In this document: one piece after another, positions 9,574 to 15,615 of the stretch
Position numbering within the stretch: the stretch's first letter is position 1
Layout of the letters: each line of letters opens with the position of its first letter
Source: Capsulimonadaceae bacterium
GTDB lineage: Bacteria; Armatimonadota; Armatimonadia; Armatimonadales; Capsulimonadaceae
NCBI GenBank assembly: GCA_965215505.1
Contig: OZ244065.1
Location: 5,403,218 to 5,435,217 of the forward strand
Length of the DNA: 32,000 bases
Reading direction: 5' to 3'
Notes under the pieces: model-generated
Told to the model about the DNA's origin: nothing
Seen by the model: the letters and a program-made list of their open reading frames with translations, nothing else
Databases searched by the model: none
Made by a program: the position numbers and the translations under genes

Positions 9574-10982
9574 CGGGCGACGGGGAACGGGCGCGACAGG
9601 TCGTTGCCGGAGAAGCGCTCGCCGGCCGGGTCCCATGCTTCGCGCAGGCGGTCCTGCCACTGGCGCAGGAAGACCGACCGGCACCACGCCTTGCTGACGC
9701 GCCACTTGCGGTAGGTGTCGCCGCCTGCCCCGTTTACGTCCCCGCCGACGCCGTCCTGGAACCGGCGCTTGGGCGGGGTGGGCATTGTGATCCCGGTCAC
9801 GGCTAAGACGCCTGCACGGACGATGTCGGCCTTCAAAGTGTACAGCCGCTCGACGCTGCCGTCTAATATCTCCTCGAAGGGAATAGCGAGCGAGGCGGCC
9901 AGGGCCGCCCGGTCGGTGTAGGGGGAGAAAGCATCAAAGCCGAAGTGCTGCCCCGGCGCGTAGGTGCGGACGTAGGAGCGCGACAGGCCGCCCGAGTAGG
10001 TCAGGCTGTGCTTGATGGCGTCCACGCCCCAGCCCTCCTGGTACAGCAAGGGGTTCCGCAGGACGCTGGACAGGGTCAGATCGGAGTCCTCCAGCGGGTA
10101 GTCCTTCAGGTTTTCGTCGCCGCCGTCGCCGTCGAGCAGGTACTTCATCGCCGGGTAGCGGTCGCGGATGCCGCGCAGGAGGCACAGGGCGACGGCGGCG
10201 CACTCGACATCTAAGGGATGGTAGTCCTCGATGACTTGGATGGCTTCTTCCATGTCAACTGACTCGGCACTTGCCTTGACGACTTCCCACTGGCCCGCCA
10301 GCCCCAGTTCACGCACGATGCCTTCGGCCTGGGCGGCGTCCTGGCCGCCGCCGAGGTCCAGGGTGAAGCCGCGGACCATGTCCGGGTCACGGCCCATCAG
10401 CGTCAGGGCGTGGCGGGCCAGCAGGAAGACCGAAGTGCTGTCCACGCCGCCCGAAAAGGCCAGCCCGATCGGCTCGCCCTCGGGGATCGTGCCGAGCCAG
10501 CGCGTCAAGGCTTCCAGGGCCGCCGCGACGTAGGCCGCGCCCAGGGCTTCCACGTCGGCGGGACCCGTGCCGATGGCGGGGTGGAAGAACCGGTGGTAGC
10601 GCGGGGCCGGGTCGGGGCAGCCGATCTGGTCTATCTCGATCAGGTAGTGGGCGGGCACCATGCGCGTGTAGAGCGGGTCGAACTGCCACCCGATCTTCTC
10701 CGAGCGGCACCACTCGAACAGCGAGTCGATGCGGTCCGAGGCGATCAGGAACGGCCCGTGGAACATCTTGGCGACGAAGTAGCGCAGGGGGGCGCCGACC
10801 GTGCGCGCCATCCGCACCGTCTGCCCGTCGCGGGCCGTGGCCGCGAAATGTCCCTGCGCCCGGCCCAAAGTCTCTACATCGCCCGCCCGCACCGCCTCAG
10901 TCAACTGCGTCGGCGTCAAGGCCGGCATCGCGGACTGCTGTGGGCCGACCAGGTCCACCAAACGCTCCACACCTAATAACAT
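9570..10982 (-). CDS. asparagine synthetase B-like ATP-pyrophosphatase (adenylating) enzyme lacking the N-terminal Cys glutaminase nucleophile (beta-lactam-synthetase/lasso-cyclase-like architecture)
   Basis: PP-loop LAFSGGVDSTSVF and AsnB-like LLDGDGGDENLKDY. The N-terminus is MLLGVERL.., not the MCG.. start of glutaminase-active AsnB. A degenerate Ntn-like segment follows (GHFAATARDGQTVRMARTVGAPLRYF..IASDRIDSL). GGAG lies about 10 nt upstream of ATG 10982. Confidence 0.85.
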   Translation of the reverse strand: MLLGVERLVDLVGPQQSAMPALTPTQLTEAVRAGDVETLGRAQGHFAATARDGQTVRMARTVGAPLRYFVAKMFHGPFLIASDRIDSLFEWCRSEKIGWQFDPLYTRMVPAHYLIEIDQIGCPDPAPRYHRFFHPAIGTGPADVEALGAAYVAAALEALTRWLGTIPEGEPIGLAFSGGVDSTSVFLLARHALTLMGRDPDMVRGFTLDLGGGQDAAQAEGIVRELGLAGQWEVVKASAESVDMEEAIQVIEDYHPLDVECAAVALCLLRGIRDRYPAMKYLLDGDGGDENLKDYPLEDSDLTLSSVLRNPLLYQEGWGVDAIKHSLTYSGGLSRSYVRTYAPGQHFGFDAFSPYTDRAALAASLAIPFEEILDGSVERLYTLKADIVRAGVLAVTGITMPTPPKRRFQDGVGGDVNGAGGDTYRKWRVSKAWCRSVFLRQWQDRLREAWDPAGERFSGNDLSRPFPVAR

Positions 10983-11023
10983 TGGAAGGTCTCCATCCTA
11001 ACGGGACGATAATGATAGGCTTG

Positions 11024-11052
11024 ATTATACCTGCACGGACCGGCTATTTGAC
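11024..11052 (-). promoter_or_regulatory. promoter candidate for the AsnB-like/rSAM/flavoprotein/GH51 operon
   Basis: Minus-strand TATAAT (plus-strand attata at 11024-11029), about 42 nt upstream of ATG 10982. The -35 is weak: GTCAAA at 17-nt spacing (11047-11052). Confidence 0.3.
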
Positions 11053-11065
11053 CGACGATGCGGGC

Positions 11066-11386
11066 CTAGACGGTCAGCCCGGCCAGCGGGTTCCCACCAG
11101 CGGTGGGCGGGGCAACCGCTGTGACGCTGTCGGAGTCCTGGCTGATGCGCCCAATCGCCGCCACCGTCTTGTTCAGTGACGCGCCCGCAATGGGCGGGGC
11201 CGCGCCCGGCGGCAGCGGCATCTTTTCCGCCGCCACTGTCAGCGCGACCTCCCCCTCGGGTGGCCTGACGGCGGCCAGCGCGGCGGCGAGTGTGAGCGGC
11301 TTGACGGGTGCAGCCTCCTGGGCCGGGGCCGCCAGTGGGAGGAAGGCCAGGACCGGCAGCAAGGGGGCGAAGCGGGCAAGGGCCAT
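11066..11386 (-). CDS. small (106 aa) Ala/Pro-rich secreted protein, unknown function
   Basis: ATG 11386 is preceded by a perfect AGGAGG 7 nt upstream; this SD overlaps the TAA stop of the cyclase gene (ttAGGAGGtcttccATG). Signal-peptide-like MALARFAPLLPVLAFLPLAAPAQE. The composition is low-complexity and I recognise no family. The longer ORF-track version (start 11533) overlaps the cyclase gene. Confidence 0.5.
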   Translation of the reverse strand: MALARFAPLLPVLAFLPLAAPAQEAAPVKPLTLAAALAAVRPPEGEVALTVAAEKMPLPPGAAPPIAGASLNKTVAAIGRISQDSDSVTAVAPPTAGGNPLAGLTV

Positions 11387-11396
11387 GGAAGACCTC

Positions 11397-13337
11397 CTAA
11401 GAAGCGGGCGGCGCTTGGAACCGGCGCACATGATAGGTGGGCAGGCTGCCGAAGTCGCGGGCCAGGTCGAGCGTGCCGATGTACTCGCAGGCGAAGGCGG
11501 GCCGCCACTCCCGCCCCGCCTGTCGGGCCTCATGGGCGGCGGCCTGCTGCTCCGCCGTCAGCAGGGCGGCGAACTGCTCCGAGGCGTAGATGTTGCCCGG
11601 AACCGTGACCGGCTCGATGCGGGCCGCCCGGTTGACGTGCGAGCCGTAGTAGTTGAGCGCGCCGGTGATCGGGTCTATCCCCTCGAAGACCGGCCCGGCG
11701 TGCAGGCCGATGCGGATGCTCATCTCGCGCGGCAGGCCGTACTCGGCCCAGTCGGTGTCGCAGACGACCTCCTGGAGCGCCAGGGCGTATTCGGCCAGCC
11801 GGGTGGCGTCGTCCATCAGGACGAAGATGGCGTCCCCCCAGGTGTTGACGAACCCGTCCGTCGGCGGCAGGCTCCCCGCCACGCGCTCCAGGAAGCTGAA
11901 CATGAAGGCCGGCATCCGGTCCTCCTGGAGCTGGCTGTAGCCGACCACGTCGGCGAAAAGCAGCGTCTTGACCTGACGGCGGATCGCGGCTTCGGTGCGC
12001 GGGGCGTGTGGCTGCGGAAGGTGCGGGGCGGGCGTGACGCCGGGCTGAGACGGGGGGCCGAGCGGGATGACGCGGCGGCGGGCTGGGTCGGGCCAGCCCG
12101 CCACCAGGTCGGCCGTCCCGCCTGCCAATGCGCTCTCCCGGCCGTCCCAGACCGCCAGCAGGACGGGGGCGGCCCCCAGCGGCTGGGCGGCCAGCGTCGC
12201 GTACCCGAGCAGCATCCGGCCCATCCAGGCGAAGAGGCTGTCATCGCCCTGCACCGACTCTTCACTGAGGTACTTGACCGAGGCGGCCCGCCCCAGCGCC
12301 GCCTCGAAACGGGCGACCCACTGCGGGCCGGCATAGCGGACGCTGGCGTCGAGGAAATCAGCCGGGGAATAGGGCAGCACGAGATGGACCTCGGCACCGC
12401 GCGCCTGCATCGCCTCGATGAACAGCAGGTCCGACCCGCAGGCCGCCGAGCAGTAGCCGATCCGGGCGTCCGTCTCCTCCAGGTGCCGGACGATCTCGGC
12501 CCGCACGGCCTCTTCCTGGGACTCGGGGAATCGCGGGACGGCTCGGCCCGGTCGGTCCAGCATGTGGCCGACGAACACCAGTACGGCGGGAGGCGTCATC
12601 ATCTGAAGGAGCGGGTCGGGGACGGGGAACCCGTGGGCGGCCAGGAGTTGGAGCTGCCGGCGGGAGGCGGCGACGGCCCCGTAGCGCCGCCCCGCCAGCG
12701 AGGCGGCGCGCGCGTAAGCCGCCTGCGCTTCCGCCCCCCGGCCGAGCAGCAGGAATGCCTCGCCGCGCGTCGCCCAATGCCAGTACCGGTCGGCTTCGGA
12801 ACCGGGAGCGGCCTGCCCGGTGGCCTCCAGCACCGACCCGGCGAGCCGAGCCGCCTGCGCCCGGTCGCCGACGATCCAGGACAGCGTCGCGGCATTGATG
12901 CCGGTCCAGGAGCCGCCCGACGCCTCGAACCCGCGCCCGTAGGCGTCGCGGGCGCATCGGGCGTCCTCCACCCGCCCCGAACGACGCCACACGTCCTTGT
13001 AGACGCGGGCGATCAGCCCCAGCGTCTCCTCGTCCGCCTCCGCCCCATGGCGCAGGGGCACGCTGTCCCTCCGCATCGGCGCGGGGTAGAGGTCTTCCAG
13101 AACGCCCTGGGCCTCCGCCAGTGCGCCCGCGCGCAGCAGGGCCAGGGCGGTCGCCTGACGCAGCCGCGCGCTGTCCGGGAACCGGCGCAGCGCCTTCTGC
13201 GCCAGGTCGTGCGCCCTAAACGTCTGGCCCTGGTCGAGCATCGTCCGGACCGCCGCCTCGGCCTCCGCCTGGGAAGAAGGAAAGTCGGGCGGCTGCGGCG
13301 AACGGGGATCTAGCGACTGGCTGGGAAGTAAAGGCAT
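11397..13337 (-). CDS. multidomain signalling protein: DUF4071-type (MAP3K TRAFs-binding-like) TPR region + SLOG/LOG-like Rossmannoid module + class III nucleotidyl cyclase domain
   Basis: N-terminal region: EETLGLIARVYKDVWRR and GFEASGGSWTGINAATLSWI, which are DUF4071 signatures as I remember them. Middle region: VLVFVGHMLD..GYCSAACGSDLLFIEA..EVHLVLPY..LLAVWDG..LAGGTADLV. C-terminal region is the class III cyclase: VKTLLFADVVGYSQL, NTWGDAIFVL, IRIGLHAGPV, YYGSHVNRAARIE. Start moved to ATG 13337 (GGAG 6-7 nt upstream), because the 13338-13799 extension overlaps the RyR gene on the other strand. Confidence 0.9.
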   Translation of the reverse strand: MPLLPSQSLDPRSPQPPDFPSSQAEAEAAVRTMLDQGQTFRAHDLAQKALRRFPDSARLRQATALALLRAGALAEAQGVLEDLYPAPMRRDSVPLRHGAEADEETLGLIARVYKDVWRRSGRVEDARCARDAYGRGFEASGGSWTGINAATLSWIVGDRAQAARLAGSVLEATGQAAPGSEADRYWHWATRGEAFLLLGRGAEAQAAYARAASLAGRRYGAVAASRRQLQLLAAHGFPVPDPLLQMMTPPAVLVFVGHMLDRPGRAVPRFPESQEEAVRAEIVRHLEETDARIGYCSAACGSDLLFIEAMQARGAEVHLVLPYSPADFLDASVRYAGPQWVARFEAALGRAASVKYLSEESVQGDDSLFAWMGRMLLGYATLAAQPLGAAPVLLAVWDGRESALAGGTADLVAGWPDPARRRVIPLGPPSQPGVTPAPHLPQPHAPRTEAAIRRQVKTLLFADVVGYSQLQEDRMPAFMFSFLERVAGSLPPTDGFVNTWGDAIFVLMDDATRLAEYALALQEVVCDTDWAEYGLPREMSIRIGLHAGPVFEGIDPITGALNYYGSHVNRAARIEPVTVPGNIYASEQFAALLTAEQQAAAHEARQAGREWRPAFACEYIGTLDLARDFGSLPTYHVRRFQAPPAS

Positions 13338-13376
13338 TCGGTTCTCCGCGCCCGCGAGAATGAGTACAGCAATAGT

Positions 13377-13715
13377 ATGACTGCAAGACCGGAAAAACGC
13401 AAGGCCGCTTTCTCCAAGGCAGCACAGTATGTGCCGGCCCCGCGCGACACCTCCGCCGTCCACCTCACCGCCGAGATGAGCGCCCTGACGGAAGACCTGG
13501 CGAAGAACACGCACGAAGTCTGGGCGGCCCAGCGCATGGCCGAGGGCTGGCGCTACGGGCCGTGCCGGGATGAGGAGCGCATGGAACACCCCGGACTCGT
13601 CCCCTACGAGGACCTGCCCGACTCGGAGAAGGAGTACGACCGCAGCACCGCCCTGGAGACCCTGCGGCTGATCCTCGCCCTGGGCTACAGCATCTGCCGC
13701 GCCGACCCCCCGTGA
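13377..13715 (+). CDS. RyR (ryanodine-receptor repeat) domain protein, 112 aa
   Basis: Close by-eye match to the bacterial RyR domain pattern: LTEDLAKNTHEVWAAQRMAEGWRYGPCRDEERMEHPGLVPYEDLPDSEKEYDRSTALETLRLILALGYSI. There is no clear SD at ATG 13377, so an internal start (MSALTEDL) is possible. Confidence 0.85.
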   Translation: MTARPEKRKAAFSKAAQYVPAPRDTSAVHLTAEMSALTEDLAKNTHEVWAAQRMAEGWRYGPCRDEERMEHPGLVPYEDLPDSEKEYDRSTALETLRLILALGYSICRADPP

Positions 13716-13741
13716 TACCCCCAGGATGAACGCCTGGGCGT

Positions 13742-13781
13742 GAAACATGTCACACCCGGTGCGATGTTTCTGCTGTATAAT
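13742..13781 (+). promoter_or_regulatory. -10 element (TATAAT) with an adjacent 7-bp inverted repeat, upstream of the heme/HAMP sensor gene
   Basis: Perfect TATAAT at 13776-13781, 24 nt before ATG 13805. GAAACAT (13742-13748) and ATGTTTC (13764-13770) form an inverted repeat covering the -35 region. No TTGACA-like -35 is present. Confidence 0.4.
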
Positions 13782-13804
13782 GTACCGGAAGAGAAACACA
13801 TCCC

Positions 13805-14683
13805 ATGAACATCCTCGCCAAGTTCAACCTGATGATGGTGACCGTCTTCACGCTCGGGCTGATCGCCGTGTGCCTAGTGACGAACTCGCTGCTCGAAGGC
13901 AACGCCCAGCAGCAGGTCGTGGACAACGCGCGCATCATGATGGAGACCGCCCTCGCGATGCGCCAGTACACCAGCAAGCAGATCAAGCCGCTGCTCGACG
14001 GCCAGAACGTACACGGGTTCCTGCCGCAGACCGTGCCCGCCTATGCGGCCACGCAGGGATTTAATGCATTACGCGAGAAGTACCCCCAGTACACCTACAA
14101 AGAGGCGACGCTCGACCCAACCAACGTCCTGCAAGACAAGGCGACGGACTGGGAGGCGGACGTCGTCAGCCAGTTCAAAAACCAGGGGGAGACCAAGGAG
14201 ATCATCGGCATCCGGCAGAGCGCGACCGGTCCGTCGCTCTACCTGAGCCACCCCATTCGGATCACCGACGCCGCCTGCCTGACCTGCCACAGCACGCCGG
14301 CCGTCGCCCCCGCCTCCATGATCCAGAAGTACGGGCCGGACCACGGGTTCAACTGGCACCAGGGCGACGTGGTCGGGGCGCAGATCGTCTCGGTCCCGAT
14401 GTCGCTGCCCGAGGCCATGGCCCGGCGAGCCTTTCTGGCCGTACTCGGGTCGCTCGTCGCCGCCTTCGCCGTCACCCTGCTCCTGCTCAACGTCATGCTG
14501 ACCCTGCTCGTCATCCGCCCGGTCACACGACTCGCGCGGGTCGCCGACCAGATCAGCCAGGGGAGCCGCGAGGTGGAGGACCTCCCGGTCCGGGGGCATG
14601 ACGAGATCGCCGGGCTGGCCGTGTCCTTCAACCGGATGCAGCGCTCACTCAAGAAGGCCATGACGATGCTGGATGAGGTGTAG
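13805..14683 (+). CDS. membrane sensor: TM - extracytoplasmic DUF3365/Tll0287-like c-type heme domain (CxxCH) - TM - HAMP, with no output domain
   Basis: TM1 is MMVTVFTLGLIAVCLV. DUF3365-like TALAMRQYTSKQIKPLL..FLPQTVPAYAAT. Heme-c motif C-L-T-C-H encoded at 14276-14290. TM2 is FLAVLGSLVAAFAVTLLLLNVMLTLLV. HAMP is IRPVTRLARVADQIS..DEIAGLAVSFNRMQRSL. The protein ends about 10 residues after the HAMP domain. Confidence 0.9.
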   Translation: MNILAKFNLMMVTVFTLGLIAVCLVTNSLLEGNAQQQVVDNARIMMETALAMRQYTSKQIKPLLDGQNVHGFLPQTVPAYAATQGFNALREKYPQYTYKEATLDPTNVLQDKATDWEADVVSQFKNQGETKEIIGIRQSATGPSLYLSHPIRITDAACLTCHSTPAVAPASMIQKYGPDHGFNWHQGDVVGAQIVSVPMSLPEAMARRAFLAVLGSLVAAFAVTLLLLNVMLTLLVIRPVTRLARVADQISQGSREVEDLPVRGHDEIAGLAVSFNRMQRSLKKAMTMLDEV

Positions 14684-14691
14684 GGGGGAAG

Positions 14692-15615
14692 ATGACGCAC
14701 CACGACGTTTTCATCAGCTACTCGACGCTCGACAAGCCGATCTCCGATGCCGTCTGCGCGGCCCTGGAAGGTCAAGGCATCCGGTGCTGGGTGGCCCCGC
14801 GCGACATCACGCCCGGCCAGGACTGGAGCGACGCCATCATTGACGCCATCGCGGACTGCCGCGTCTGCCTCCTGATCCTGTCCACAGCCTCCAATCAGTC
14901 GGACCAGGTCAAGCGGGAGGTGCAGAACGCGGTGAGCGAGGCGAAGCCCATCCTACCGTTCCGCATCGAGGATGTCGCCCTGTCCAAGCACATGCGCTAC
15001 TTCATCGGCACGCCGCACTGGCTGGACGCCCTGACGCCGCCGATGGAGCGCCACCTCCAGAGGATGGTGGAGACGGTGTCCGGATTGATCGCCGCGCTCG
15101 ACGACAAGGCGGGCGAGGCCGAACCGCCCCCCGCCCTGCCGCGCGCCTGTTTCCTCTGGGATGATGCGCGCCTCGCCCGCATCGAGGCCGAATTGCGCCA
15201 GTTCGTGGGGCCGCTGGGCCGCACCCTGGTCGCGGAAGCGGCGGTCGCTGCGAACGGCTACGAAGACCTGGGCCGCCGCCTGGCGGAACACATCCTGTCC
15301 GAACGGGAGCGCGCGACCTTCCTTGCCCGGTGTCAGGCCCTGACGCCCGCCGCCCCACCGCCCGCGTCTCGCCCGGCCCCGGACGCTGAGGTCATCAGCC
15401 CCGAGGCCGTCGCCGCCGCCGAGAAGGCGCTGGCACATTACGTCGGCCCGCTGGCCCGAACGCTGGCGAAACGGGCGGCGCGCACGGCGGCGGGGCCGGC
15501 CGAGTTCTACCGCCTGCTGGCGGATGAACTCCCCGCGCCCGCCGAGAAGGCCGCGTTTCTGGCTCAGTTCCAGGGCGGCAGGGGCGGCGGGGCGGCGGGC
15601 CGGGCGAACAGGTAG
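14692..15615 (+). CDS. TIR-domain protein with two C-terminal ~58-aa tandem repeats
   Basis: TIR_2-type N-terminus DVFISYSTLDKPISDAVCAALEGQGIRCWVAPRDITPGQDWSDAIIDAI..CLLILS..SNQSDQVKREVQNA, with a candidate catalytic Glu at residue 76. Repeats at aa 158-215 and 236-294 (nt 15163-15336 and 15397-15573) share L..(F/Y)VGPL.RTL...A...A.......LA......E...FLA..Q. ATG 14692 lies 8 nt after the sensor stop and has a GGGGGAAG SD. Confidence 0.9.
   Translation: MTHHDVFISYSTLDKPISDAVCAALEGQGIRCWVAPRDITPGQDWSDAIIDAIADCRVCLLILSTASNQSDQVKREVQNAVSEAKPILPFRIEDVALSKHMRYFIGTPHWLDALTPPMERHLQRMVETVSGLIAALDDKAGEAEPPPALPRACFLWDDARLARIEAELRQFVGPLGRTLVAEAAVAANGYEDLGRRLAEHILSERERATFLARCQALTPAAPPPASRPAPDAEVISPEAVAAAEKALAHYVGPLARTLAKRAARTAAGPAEFYRLLADELPAPAEKAAFLAQFQGGRGGGAAGRANR

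Noticed and set aside
9574-9705. Longer radical SAM start (390-aa version) overlapping the AsnB-like gene by 136 nt.
   Set aside because: The extra 44 residues are Pro/Arg/Gly/Ala-rich. An in-frame ATG at 9573 forms the ATGA stop-start junction that recurs throughout this window.
11103-13313. 736-aa plus-strand ORF covering the cyclase locus.
   Set aside because: It is a low-complexity R/G/P/A-rich translation. The minus strand encodes unmistakable class III cyclase and TPR motifs.
13338-13799. N-terminal extension of the cyclase ORF (800-aa version).
   Set aside because: It overlaps the well-supported RyR-domain gene on the opposite strand and has no domain content. ATG 13337 has a GGAG SD.
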